From the NCBI RefSeq assembly GCF_004010195.1, contig NC_057719.1, positions 41,175,318 through 41,228,120 on the forward strand: DNA of 52,803 nt, written 5' to 3'. The position numbers and the translations under genes were made by a program. The DNA is from Chiloscyllium plagiosum (lineage: Eukaryota). Shown here piece after piece: positions 36,121-49,135 of this stretch (within the stretch, counting starts at the first letter, position 1; each line of letters starts with the position of its first letter). The notes below the pieces were generated by a model, which saw only the letters and a program-made list of their open reading frames with translations, was not told where the DNA came from and made no database searches.

Positions 36121-37464
36121 GATATGAGGTGGAATCTTCCCAGCCACTGAATGACATGGGTATTGGTGAGAATGTTGGAAGAATCATGAGAGATTTGCAG
36201 TAGGAGATTCCCAATATTGAGAGCAAGCCAACTTTTCCAACCAAGTGTTGAACGGTGAGATGGGATTCTTACTAATGAGCAGCAAGGGGCCTGTGTGCAT
36301 GCAATAACATGCTCATTCCTGCCCACTCTAGCACCCATTGGATAGAAACTAGATGGTGACAATTCCTGACCTGAAAGGCAGAATGACTACTTGAGGACTC
36401 CATCTCACCACTTGTTCCTCCAGCTTTCTCTCCTGGACACTAGGCAAAACATTTCTTGCACACTCCATTGGCAATAACTGCACACCACTCCAGTCCACCT
36501 GTATCCCGCTTTATCATATGCCTGGGCAGTTAACAGGAATCACATGGGGCAGCAGCAGACTGCCAGGGCTTAGCTGGATACACAGCAAAGCTTTAACAAT
36601 GGCATCAGCATTGTTAATCCCAGAATGTCCTGGCAGTGGCCATTACTTCTCTCTGTGGCAAATGGGAGAATATGACAAGGGGGGCCTCTCAATTTGAAGG
36701 TCAGTTTATAGGATTAGGCACAATGCCTTCAGAGGTATTGTGAGGTAACAACCTGAGTTTGTGAAGATAGTGTGAGAAAACCCATTTGGGCTCAGGGAGA
36801 AAAACTGTCCATGAAACTTGCCAAAATTGATTTCTGGCAAAACTCAGTCCATGGAATTAGAAGTTCAGTTTTTGTTGAAGAGGTGCCTATAAAACAAAGC
36901 AATAAGGAGAATCTCTGCTAACACAATTATATTGATCTCTGCCATTTTCAAAGGTCAAATATGATGTTTAATTACATTGAAATTTATGAAGTAATTCTGA
37001 GACGGATTTATCTTTGATTGCTGTAAGATGTGTAAACTGTCTTTCAGCTATCACAATGGTCTGTAGAATAAAACTTAAAGGAAGCATAAAGCTAAAGTAA
37101 GACCTGGTAAGCATCAGAAGTGCCTTGTTCCTCTCATTGTCCCTAAACAATGCCTCCTATCCAGATGTATAGTCTGGGTTATACTTGTCATGTAAGTGTG
37201 AACCAAACATGTCCATTGAGACCTTCCCTATCTGGAAACAAGCTACTAACACTGTTAGCAAATGAATCCCAGTTCATTGAAGTGGTATTCCCCTCTTTTT
37301 TTCAATCAACCTTCAATTATCATAATTTCATACAGAAAAGAAAATAACACCTCACGGGTGTATCCAAAACTGCAAAGGATAATACACCCGACTATCACAA
37401 TTAAACTGTCATATTGTTTTACCAATTGATCTTCAAAAAAACCTGACAACATGATGGAGCTGAG

Positions 37465-37621
37465 ATAGAGTCATAGAGTCATAGAAATGTACAGCATGGA
37501 AACCGATCCTGCAGTCTAATTCATCCATGCCGACTAGATACCCCAACCTAATCTGGTCCCATTTGCCAGCACTTGGCCCATATCCCTCTAAACCCTTCCT
37601 ATTCATATACCCATCCAGATA
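37465..37621 (-). mobile_element. CR1 3' UTR fragment
   Basis: Closely similar to 28975-29122. Confidence 0.9.
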
Positions 37622-39134
37622 ACAAATAAACATGTGATATTAAGATTTGAAAGCACGTAAAAGCAAAACTGCTGAAACAAAATATATAAGAGTGGCTTAG
37701 CAAAATGAAATTCACCAAAGAAAAGGCAGAGCCAAAAGGAACAGCAACCCGAGGAAATTGGTGAAAATATGATTCACTTTTACATAATTGTAGTATTGGC
37801 TTTGCAAGGGGAAACAGAGAAACATTATTGTAATTTCAGTGGCAGCTTTTCTGAAGGCATTGTGCCTAATCCTATAAACTGACCTTCAAATTGAGGAAAC
37901 GCCCGGCAGAAGATTCTATTAATAGTTCTGTTTGCTTGACTTCTAAGCAATAAATAGTGGGAATTTTGATTATCGGATACAGCCATCTTGTCTGCATAAA
38001 AGTAATGCATTCTAATAATATGGTGTATTGTTTAAAATTGGTAGGGGGAGAAAGGTGTTGGGATTCACCAAGTGATTAAAATAAGCCCATAAGCAATGTT
38101 ATAAAAGGATAATAAAATCTAAATCTCATTTGTTCCACTTCAGTTTCTTCATATGCATAAAACTCCATAAAAACAGCATCTGTGTTCAAATAATGAGCTG
38201 AAAAGACACTGCACAGTTGCTAATTCGATTTACATTCTTAAGCTCATTGTTCCATATACATCTATTGACTAGGTATCTGGCCTAAATATAATGCTTCAGA
38301 AGTAAACGGGAATTAAAAATGGAGCGATTTAGTTACTATGATGAGATTAGTAAACAGACTGACAGTACAGTGAGCTGTCAAGTGCAGTCAGATATTGTCT
38401 GACCATATGAATTGTTATTGTCTTTCCAATTTATTACAATTTTGTAGAACAACATTTTATTTTGCTGTGTTGCCAATAAGGGTCTTTTCAGCTTTTCTGA
38501 GTGGACTTCTATCTCATTTATAATTTCTGACAAGGCAGATATAGAATATAGATAACTCCCACTGAATGAATGACTGCAAAAAGTATTTGTAGTGAAAAGA
38601 AAGGAAAGCAGCAGCGATGTGTTAGGGGTCATTAATTTTGGCATCATTTTCACAGGAGAGCATAGAGTATACTGGGGGTGGAATGGTCAGTATTTTTTCA
38701 CAAAGGGGATGCGTATTGAGAGTCAGCTATTGCAAAGCAATCTTCTGCACATGCCTTAAACTCACCAATTGTGCAGACAGAAGTGAATTATAGGCTATTT
38801 CCTGCCATCCTGTGACTATACCATTGGTTATATCAAATGTTGTGGGTTATTAGCATTTTAAAAGATTTGAAAAAATTGAAACAATGTTTGATGTGAAAAA
38901 GAGAAATTATACTATATGATCCATTTGACAACATGATGGGGAATTGGATAGCAGAATAGTGGAATGAATATCAGCATGAGCAATTAGATATTAGAGCAGT
39001 TCAACAGCTAGCAGTATGAGCAATTTGAAATCACAGCAGTTGAATGGATATCCATAATAAAAAAAACCTGAGAAATGCTGGAAACACTCAGTGGGTCAGG
39101 TAGCATCAATTAAAGGAAAGAGAGAGAAGGCATA

Positions 39135-40112
39135 AATGGATCATTTTCTGGTTGACAAGGATGTAATAAGTGGTGTGCCACAGGGATCAATGCCAGGGCC
39201 TCAGCATTTTAACATTTTACAATTTCTATATATGAGTTGGATGAAGTGCCGAAAATATGGTTATTAAATTTGTGACTGACACAAAGATAGACAAGAAATT
39301 AAGTTGTGAAGAAGACATAGGAGGTTACAAAGGGTTATGGGTAGCTTAATTGAGTGGGCATATGTCCTATAAATGGAGCATAATGTTGGAAAATATGACA
39401 TGTTGCATTCCAACGGAAAAATAATAATAAAAAAGACATCATCTAAATGGTGAGAGGTTGCAAAGCTCTGAGACGCAGAAAGATCTGGTTGCCCTAGTGC
39501 ATGAATCATAGAAGGTTAATATGTGGACACAGCAAATAATTAGAAAAGCCAATAGTAAGTTATTGTTTATTGGGAGGGAATTGAATAAAGAAGTAGAGAG
39601 GTCATTCTTCACTTATAAAGGACATTATTGAGGACACATCTGGAGTACTGTGTACATTATTGTCTCTTCCTTAAGAAAGGATGTAAATGCCTTGGAAGCA
39701 TTTCTGCAGGTTTACCAAACTAATATGGAATGGGTGGATTGCCTTATGAGCAATGGTTGGACAAGTTAACCTTGTATCCATTAGAAATTAGAAAACTAAT
39801 AGGCGACTTTATTGAAACATGTAAGAACCTGAAGGGTTTTGACTGGGTGCATATGGAAAGAATAGTATCTCTTGTAGGAAGATCTTAAACTAGGGTTCAC
39901 ATTTAAGAAACTATCTCCTCACAAACTATCATGAGTCTTTGGAAACCCCTTGCCCAAAATATAGTGGGAACAAATTTTAAAGGCAGTGGGTGATAGATTC
40001 TAGATAAGCAACAGTTATTGGGGTAACTGAGATTGTGAAGTAATAAGACCAACCATGATCTTATTGAATGGTGAAGCAAACACATGAGGCTGAGTGGTTT
40101 ATTCTTGTTCAT
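39135..40112 (+). mobile_element. Decayed CR1 LINE 3' portion
   Basis: SGVPQGS (agtggtgtgccacagggatca), HLEYCV (catctggagtactgtgta), GDFIET-like, 3' UTR. Confidence 0.85.
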
Positions 40113-40680
40113 AATGCATGCATCTATTTGTAAATGCTGCACTTGATGTATTGAATGTGTATTTGCATATCCCAGAGCTCCAAATTGGTAATTTAAAGAA
40201 AAAGCACAGTGAAAGGAGAGAAGCCAGGCACTGGTAGTAAAGCAATATTGCCACGAGCCTTTGCTTACTGTGAGCGGGCATTTTGATGCATGATCCCCAA
40301 TTGATGCAAAGCATGCATCATAAATGGATACAACTTAGATGCATACGTCTTAAAGCTTGTGCATGACTTGTTTGTTCCTTGCACTATATATTCTGACATT
40401 TAGAGGAAATATGATAGTAACTGGGATAACCAAACTGAATTAAAATAGGGCAACAAGCAACAGGGGACAAGAAAGACAACGCAATGAAGAAGTGGATAAT
40501 AAATAAAGAAATACTGGTTAGCTGGTGCATGGTCGAAAGAAAGAAACGTGAAGTAAAAGAAGATTAACTGTGACGTTTTTATTTCACAGTGAAAACTGTA
40601 AAATAATTTTCCTATATTTTAAATCTATTGGTAACTATTTGAGGTGAAATTGGTGATACAAGATTACACTTGTAGGGAAA

Positions 40681-41377
40681 CAAGATGGCGTTGGAGTGGG
40701 GGGCTGACACTAGAGCTTTTCTGCGCCTGTCAGTTTTCTTCCTTTTTCTTTCTTTCTCTCTTTATCTTTTTTTTCTTCATTTTCATTTCTTTGAAGCGTG
40801 GAGAGTGGCAGGTGAAGAAGGAGGAGTCCTCCAGTCGCAATGGCAGTTGCAACAATGCCAGAAGAATCCGAACACAACTCCACCCCAGCCTGAGAGCTCC
40901 CAGCAAGCGAAGAGCAGGTTTCTGAGATGGTTACCCAGGCCCGGACTCCCAGGCTTGGTCGAAGCTCCAGGTCCACAGCTAGGCCTGGGCACCTGAAGGA
41001 GTGGAAGCATCCATGAAAGGGGGGATGGTGGATTGGTGGCAGCATCTGGACATGGTCAGATGGGTAACAGGAACTCGTGTATCCAAAAGATCATGGTTCA
41101 CTGCAATTGCAGGGTTGGTGGCGGTCAGACCACAGGTGGTGGTGGAGGTCTGTAACTGAGACCCCAGAGCCTGTTACAAAGCAACTAGTAGAGCAGTGGA
41201 GAAGCAACAAGAAGAAGAGAGAAAAATGAACTCTACTGCAATAAAATCTTGCATTATGTTCAGTGTTTCAAGATGGCACTGAGCATGGCACCATTTTGCA
41301 TATAAGATGCAAACAAACACTTTTCACTGTATTCTTATATACATGTGTCAATAAATCTAATTCTAAATCTAAATCTA
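40681..41377 (+). mobile_element. Putative non-autonomous non-LTR element: CAAGATGGCG head, Rex1/Babar-like 3' tail
   Basis: GC-richer block starting caagatggcg and ending acttttcactgtatt...tacatgtgtcaataaa(tctaaa)n. Confidence 0.55.
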
Positions 41378-41545
41378 CCCTGGAAAGATTGATGGAATTA
41401 ACAATCCACCTTATAATTTTCTATTTATCAAATATCAGCAAAGGCTAACTGAAAGTAAACAATTGCTAAAAAAAAACACCATTCATTTGGGAGAGTTTTT
41501 CAGTGGAATGGAATTTGGGTAGTAAAAGGTTCCAAATACAATCTT

Positions 41546-41583
41546 AGAGTCATGGAGTCATAGAGATGTACAGCACAGAAACA
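41546..41583 (-). mobile_element. CR1 3' tail microfragment
   Basis: agagtcatggagtcatagagatgtacagcacagaaaca. Confidence 0.8.
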
Positions 41584-41919
41584 AATTTGTCAGTCAGTCA
41601 ACATCTGCTGACGATGGTCATGCAAACTGCCTTAATATTTAGAGATGAGTAGAGATGTACAGAAAACAATAATTTTCTAATGTTTTCCCAATCGTTATCG
41701 AATCCACACAGTTCCAGACCTCATTAGAGATTTGGAGAAAACTTTCGTTGTCTTCCTTGATGCGGAAATACTGCTCTCATACTGGATTGGGAAGCAGTAT
41801 CTGCTGAATCTAATTGAAAGTCTCAAACAGGCTGACTTAGCAGACAAACTGATATCTTACAGTTAGCTAGAGAGCAATTTCTGTACACATCCGTCATTCA
41901 GCATATTACTGTTTGGCGT

Positions 41920-42213
41920 TATCATGGCTGCTGGTGTCATCCTGGTCCTTTGCTTATTGAAATACTCAGCTTTTAAAGCAGGAGCACAATGCAAACATGG
42001 AGAAAAGAGCAGAGTTCCAAAGATAAGGTGCGACTGTCTGCACTTGATATCCAAGCAGCATTTGACCAAGTGTGCTACCAAGGATCTTTAGTAAATTGAA
42101 GTCAATGGGAATCAGGTAAAACGTTTTTCACTGGTGGATGTTGACCCATCATAAAAGAAAATGTTGTGTTTTTTTGGAGCACAATCATCTCAGCTCCAGG
42201 ACACCTTTGCGGG
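41920..42213 (+). mobile_element. Second LINE family, RT fragment
   Basis: VRLSALDIQAAFDQVCYQG (LDxxxAFD motif). Confidence 0.78.
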
Positions 42214-42407
42214 ATATGCATCAGTACTTTCATGGGGTCCTGATGCACATCTCCCAGCTTACATTCAATATGGATTCAGGAAGATGAAGGCCAATGCATT
42301 CAATATGGTCTCAACTTTCTCATTCGCACCCAAGGTATGAATTTTATTTACAACTATTACTGGGATTTAATGGCAAATAGATGTTAAAAAATGTTTAATA
42401 GCTGTAA

Positions 42408-42656
42408 GGGTGGCTCAGTGGTTAACAATGCTGCTTCACAGTGCCAGGGACCTGGGTTCGATTCCAGCTTTGGATGACTAAGTGTGTGGAGTTTGCATGT
42501 TCTCCCTGTGTATGTATGGTTTTCCTCTGGATGCTCTGGTTTCCTCCCACAGGTTAAGTGGAGTTACAGGTAGAGTGTGGAATGCTCTTCAAGGGTCAGT
42601 GCAGACTCAATGGGCTGAATGGCCTCTATCTGCGCTGTGAGAATTCTATGATTCTA
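42408..42656 (+). mobile_element. HE1 V-SINE with internal deletion
   Basis: A box tggctcagtggtt, B box gggttcgattcc, V-domain, ttctatgattcta tail. Confidence 0.9.
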
Positions 42657-45238
42657 AGTCCTCTGGACCCAATATTGAATAGGTTTGAAGTTGTAGGGAT
42701 GCTGGGATGCTGAAATTCTGATTGGCAAAAATGAATCTGCTGGGTCCTGTCAGCAAATAAATTGTGGCCATTGCAGAAAGAGAGTACAGTTTTTCCCAGG
42801 TCTCTTCCTGACCCAAAGCTGCAGCTGACATAAAATATATTTCTCAGTTTACACCATGTGCTGTGGAATAAAGCGTGATTGCAACACTCATAAATTATTT
42901 GATACTCTGCATAGACATGTACACTGCACACAACCTTACAGTTCATAACTCTTTTCGAATTATGTAGCAATTTAACATTACCTTTATCCTTTCACTATTT
43001 ACTTGCTTAAAGAGACTTTTGGAGTCCCCTCTGTGTTGGCTGCTATGTGTCTTTTCATACTCTTTCTGATTTATATTATTAAAGAAGTCCTATTTATATA
43101 TGAAAGTTAAAAGTCTAATCGTGTGCTTTCAGTATTGTTCATGAAAATTCACTGGATGACATTTTTAATTTGAGCAAAATAATTGATTTGCATATGGTAA
43201 TAAGTAAACGCTGAAATCAGAAAGCCTCAGTTGTATGAAGACAGATCCCATGACACTTATGCCTTTTGCAGATTGCGGAACATGTAAAGGAATTTGAACA
43301 AAGCTTGAAAGAGAATTAAAAATAAAAGTGACTGAAAGTTATCTAAATGCAAAAACCTTGTCAGTAAACAATTGTGTTTCAGTACACAAAATAATGATCG
43401 ACACTGGCTGTTTAATGACTTTATTATATTCAGGCTATCACCACAAACAGTGAACAAAAAAGCAACATTTCATAGACATTGGAATTCTAAACTAAATACA
43501 AAAAGTACTGGCAGCATCTGCTAATAGTCATTGCTTCTGGTAGATAAAAAAAACTATTCTTAGCACTGAAGGGAATTAAAGATAAACCAAGTTTAAAAAG
43601 AAACAAACCCAAAGAGGAAGGAGAAACACATTCAAACAAACACAAGTGCAAAAAGGCCACATATAAGAAACAAACATGCAAAGCAAGTGAAGCAACGTCC
43701 TCAAGTGTTGAAGGAAGAGAGTTGATAATTTGAACCAAAAGCAGAATTATGAAGGGAGAATTAATAACTTCTGAAGGTGAATTAAGAAAAAGAGTAAATG
43801 GATGTGTCTTAGATAAGCAACTGACAAGTTTGGGTGGTCCGCGGGGGTTGGGGAGGTGCGCATGGAGAGAAATAGAAAATAGAATGGCTATCGACAGAGC
43901 TCACGAGGAGAGCAGCTGCATCATAGTACTGCCAATTTAATGCCACTAGTTTCTAAATAAAGGGGAAATTGTAAAAAGAACAGCTACTTAACACAATGTT
44001 TAAACAGCATCATTGTGTAATCTTTTGAACTTGTTCAAATGTTTATGATCTGGAAGGGTATTTAATTCCAGAAAAACAATATTTAAATTTCACTTTGATG
44101 GATTGTCTGAAAATTTAAAATTATTAGATAAACTGAAAGAAGTAATTGCATGTCATTGAGAAAAATGGCTTGTTTAGTGACTACATTCTACTCTTACCTA
44201 AAACAACCACAGTGCAGGTACTTTATTTATAATAAAATATTTTCCATTACTCAAATCATTTTATAACATTGAAGTTTACTACAATGTTAAAATACACATT
44301 AAGCTTCAAGTTGCTATGTATTAAAGGAGATTGAATTAGCAGACTCATTATTTGAACAACAAAGATATGCAACAATAAAATGAAGACCTTCCACTCTGAT
44401 TGAAAGATACAATTGTCATGGTAACATTATACGAGGAAGGACAATCACTCAACTGTTGCTATGAGAACTCATAAGTAATTACTTGAACAGGAAGACTGAC
44501 CATAATGTAATGTCAATATTTATCACTGTATATCAGCTTTTCTCTCACAATACTACATAAAGAAAAAGCAAGTGATGGCAATCCATAAGATGGTGTGTTG
44601 GCAATATTCTGCATAATTTCAGGGACAGAAGAGAATGTCTTTGTTCATGTTGGATTGGGATGGCGTTTGTTGGAGAGGAAGAATTACTCCTTTGGGAAAG
44701 CCTAAATGTTCAAGTAATCATTTGTAATAATGAAAAACAGAACAAAATGGGGCATATATTTGTGGAATTTCTCAGACATATTTGGAATAATGGTTAGTTT
44801 AATAGGATATTTAACCCTATTGTTAGGACTGGGTTCATTGTACATTACGAGTCTCCTATCATTTTTAAGTGCTCTCGTAACACGTGCATGATGAAACCCA
44901 ATATGTGATAATAAAATTGTGTATTTCAGTATAGTGCAACTGTCATGAGTGCGGAGTGGAAATATTTAATGTAGTGTTTTTTTAATCTAAAAAGTGCATT
45001 TTGCAAAGCCTAACTTGTATTGTTACTTCTCCTTAATCTAAGCTCTGCTTATTTTGTAACCTTAATCTAAACAATCCTGTCATTATAAAGTGAGAACCCT
45101 GCTGGAAAACGCAAATATAAAGGCACACTTCCATTTTCTTTCAAGCAAAATAGAACATTTAATGTGAGGTTTATTGCCTTAGGCAACTCAAGTTTTGAAG
45201 GTTAGACTATTCCTTATTTTCAGCTGGGAAACACAAAT

Positions 45239-45343
45239 GAGTAGTAGTGAATGAATAAATAAATAGTAGTGAATAAATAAGTTGTAGTGAGTAAATAAGT
45301 AGTGGTGAATAAATGAGTAGAAGTGAATAAATGAGTAATAGAG
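45239..45343. repeat. Degenerate ~18-bp tandem repeat
   Basis: About 5-6 copies of gtagtagtgaataaat(a/g)a. Confidence 0.65.
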
Positions 45344-46844
45344 TTTAAATTAATACAATTGAATAAATTTACCACTGTGTGCTTCAAATAACAAATATTA
45401 TTGAAAAAAAAAATCAGAACATTATTAGTTTTTGATCCAGAAGGTATCAATTAATTAATTATCACCCCAATCTGCAGAATGCAATATGCTGAATGAGATC
45501 GCTATGTAGTCATTTGATCACAAGTCAGTATTTTGTAATTCCTTTGATGAGGAGTTCTGTACTGTAGATCTTATACTGAGCATCATTTGGTCCGTTCAGT
45601 GCATTGATTGTCTGCCATTTCTTGCTGGATGAACACTATCTGCCGTCAGAAAAGGATCTCTCTGTGAGAAGCCGCTCTCCATCTGTCAGGAGCAATTTGT
45701 CTCATTTATCACTCGTATCATATTAGGGTGTAGTAAATGTGCCAATTAATGCTGTAAACATTGATTTAGTTGGAAATTGATAAAAATGAAGCAGCTATAT
45801 TCATATGTCACAAAAAATTTAAGTCTGTGGATACTGACTGATTTGCCTCATTGACTTCAATTACGAACCCCCCTAGGTTGGATAAAAAAGGGAGGCAAAG
45901 TGCTTTGTATGAATCATGTGGCATTTGTTAAATGGCTGTTTCTTGAGAAACAAAATATTTTTATCATTATAAATTCAGAGCAGGATTTAAATAACTTAAC
46001 CTATTACTGTAATCTCAGAAAGTCAGGATTTTCAAAATTTGAAGGAGATGCATTCTCTTTCACTTAGCTTCTTGCTCAATCGATCTGAACTCAGGTTGAG
46101 AGGAGAGATAAATGACTATAAACATTTCCTTTGCCTCCGCTTAAGCTTCTTGAGAGTCGTTGAGTAAAAAGTGAAACACCTGTTAAGTTAATTCTCTCCA
46201 GTCGGAGAGGCACTTTGGCTTTGGTTGATGTTACAGTTATTGACTCCACTGAAGCCGGTGTACTTTCTGTGGAGTCCATGTGAAACAGCTATTTGACTGG
46301 CATCATTACTAAAGGCTATATGATCGCTAACAATAAGGTAATCCATTAATAACACTAATAAACTTATCAAAACCACTTTAGTGAGGATATAATGTCACTT
46401 ACATGCCAAGAGAGAACAAATTGAGCTATGGATAGACACACAAATGACACAGTAATATGCTGTAACAATGTAAGTGTCTATTCCCTGACATTTTGGATCG
46501 TTTATTGCTCAAGCTATTTTTTGCTATTAGTCTGAAAAACTTGTGAAAAGAGATTGTCATGGTCCTGTGCCTATGGCTATTGTCACCTGGGCAAAATGAA
46601 TATAGATAAACCAAATGCAGACCTGTACAATAGCTGGCCTGATTTTCTTGTTCATTGTTTTAAATGTTAGAAAAACCGTGCACCCAATTTTCCTGTACTT
46701 GTCTAGAAATCCTTTGCTTACTGATATAAGAAGAAGAATGTCTACCATTTATGTCTTTTTGCATCTGTTTACCCTTCTGTTTCTTCTGTGACAAACTTAT
46801 GATGGTTAACATGGTGGTCAGTCGTTGAGGTAAATTGACATAAA

Positions 46845-47450
46845 GACGTTCATCTTCTTTAACAATAGAATAGGAAGTCTGTTCCCACTGGAGTTCTGCA
46901 GGGCTTAGTGTTGGGGCCCTTTCTGTTTGCAATATATATTCATGATTGGACTTAAAGATAGGGCATATGATCAAGAAGATCAGAGATGAAATGAACATTG
47001 TAGGTGTTGATAGTGAGGGGAATTGCCATAAACTTCAGGAGGACATCAACAGACTGGTCAGATGGGCACAGCAGTGGCAAATAGAATTCAACCCAAAACA
47101 GAACAAGATTATGCACTTGAGGGCTAACAAGACAAAGGATTACAATGGAAAAGTTTGGATTCTGGAAAGTCCTGAAACTCAGAGACATCCTGGTGTGGTA
47201 AGGTAAGAGGTAAAAGGCTAAGCAGGGAGTTGAGGAGGATGTTTCTCAATCAGAGGGTGCTGGGAGTCTAGACCTCACTGTCTGAGAGGATGGTTAAATC
47301 AGAAACTCTGGCAATATTTAGATATTCAGTTGCATTGACATAACCTGCAGATATATGGGCCAAAAGCTAGAAAATAGGATTAGCGTAGTCAGATTCCTGT
47401 TGACTTGTATGGATATGATGGACTGAATGGGCTCCTTTGATGATGTAAAT
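46845..47450 (+). mobile_element. Decayed CR1 fragment with internal deletion
   Basis: GVLQGLVLGP, LQEDINRLVRWAQQWQIEFNP, then 3' UTR. Confidence 0.82.
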
Positions 47451-47809
47451 GATGCCTCTGAGCTTTCTGGCTGACTTACTGTGCCTCCCATATTGGTTCG
47501 ATGGGCCTGCAGGACTGAATGCAGCTCATTCTACTGGGTGGTAGGGTACAGCTCCCTGGACTCTGACAACTCAAAGTGGCTGACCGGCTGTGTCCTGGAC
47601 TGATATCAGACCCTTTCCCTGATTTACTGTGCCAACACACTGTGACGCAAGATTATATGCCTTGACCTGAATGAACACTTCTCACATTAGACTGTGACAT
47701 GCAGCCATTTGTATGAAGGTCTTGAACGGAGTTTATCACATAGATTTTACTGTAACATTAACATAGCATTCTGCCTTTCAGCCACATACAAGAAGTTTCT
47801 ATAGTGCCA

Positions 47810-47985
47810 TACAGCTGTTCTCCTATTAGAGAGACAAGTTGACTTGAGTTTAACAGTCAACTTGTAGGGTTGAGGTAGGGTTGAGAAGGTAAGACCTTCA
47901 TGGTGACCTCAACTGGTACAAGAATTGAACCTGCATGTTAACATTACTCTGTATACCAAAGCAGCCACCTGACCCTGAATTAACC
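47810..47985 (-). mobile_element. tRNA-derived SINE remnant (third family)
   Basis: Reverse strand ggttaattcag...caggttcaattcttgtaccagttgaggtcaccatgaagg (B-box-like). Confidence 0.55.
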
Positions 47986-48034
47986 AAGAAAAAGGGAGAA
48001 ACCCTGAGATGTTTGAATCAATGAGATGAGTTGA

Positions 48035-48120
48035 AAAAAAGAGAGCTGGAGGAACACAGCAGGTTTAGCAACATCTGAGGACAGAAAAATGTTATAGTTC
48101 TAATGACCCTTCATCAGGAG
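48035..48120 (-). mobile_element. Degenerate PLE terminal-repeat fragment
   Basis: gctggaggaacacagcagg...gacccttcatcagg (reverse complement CCTGATGAAGGG). Confidence 0.6.
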
Positions 48121-49135
48121 ATGGGTACCTGTCTCTGCATGCAAAGTATTCTTATAGCAGCATTACAGTGAAAGGTGCCAATGCAATCCAAAGTGCATCA
48201 TTACAGAGAAATAGGGACAGGATTAAGACATTTGATCCTTCAAGTTTGCTTCACTATTCATTATGCTCATGGATGATCATCGAAGTGGAGAACTGTATTA
48301 TAAGTGGACTGGAGATGTGCCACGATAGTGTCAAAGGTGAGGCTGACATGTGTCCGGTGGCAATCTCTGTGGATCAAGAGCGTGGGTGGTGATTGCACAT
48401 GGATTGTGTCCTGAGATGTTGGCGACTGCTATCCAAGATGGAGGCCATCAGAGAGCTGCAGTCACCAGGTTACCTGCTCTGACTTCCATGTTTGGAATTA
48501 TCACTGTCTCCTTTCTCTCATGGTAGAACAGGAAATACATATCAAACTAATTCACAATTGCCAACATTGTTCAGAGGCTAAGAAGATTCTGCCCAAGGTT
48601 TTCAACCTGTTTTCCTACATCATTAATTTACAGAGATTCAAGTCCAGAGAAAGTATTTATCTTTAACAAATCCTTATGTTCTAAATAACTGGTGCACCCT
48701 AGTTTGTATCCTGTGAACTATGGAGTGTTACATAAATATTTACAAAACTGAGAGCTTAGATTTTCTCAGTTTCTAATAATTTGAAGATTTCTAGCCAAAA
48801 TCTTATGGTTTGAAGCCATACAAACTAAGCTTTGGCTGAGATAATTGCTCTGAACTGTTGAATCCTGAACTGCTCTGAAAAGTTCCTTTCCAGAAGAGAA
48901 ACCACACTTGCTTTTGACCCTGGTCAGATCTCCTTTAAAGTTTTTAAACACCAGTCAGTGAGTAGGAGACCAGGAAAGGTTTGCATTTTGGTTGGATGAG
49001 GTGGATGAGAGACCTTGAGTGGACATGATGCACAAAAGTTCTAGTTCATGAGCCATGGTGAGGGGAGTGTGCAGTTGCTGAGTTAAAATGAGTTTTGGTT
49101 TTATGAATATAAAAGTAGCAGAGAGAAATTGTGGG

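Noticed and set aside
40644..41045. Overlapping 75-111 aa ORFs
   Set aside because: Low-complexity translations of a GC-richer repeat element with no domain.
46091..46283. Possible host exon (acceptor-like ttctctccag at ~46200, or the minus-strand 62-aa ORF)
   Set aside because: No recognisable protein, early stops and no partner exons.
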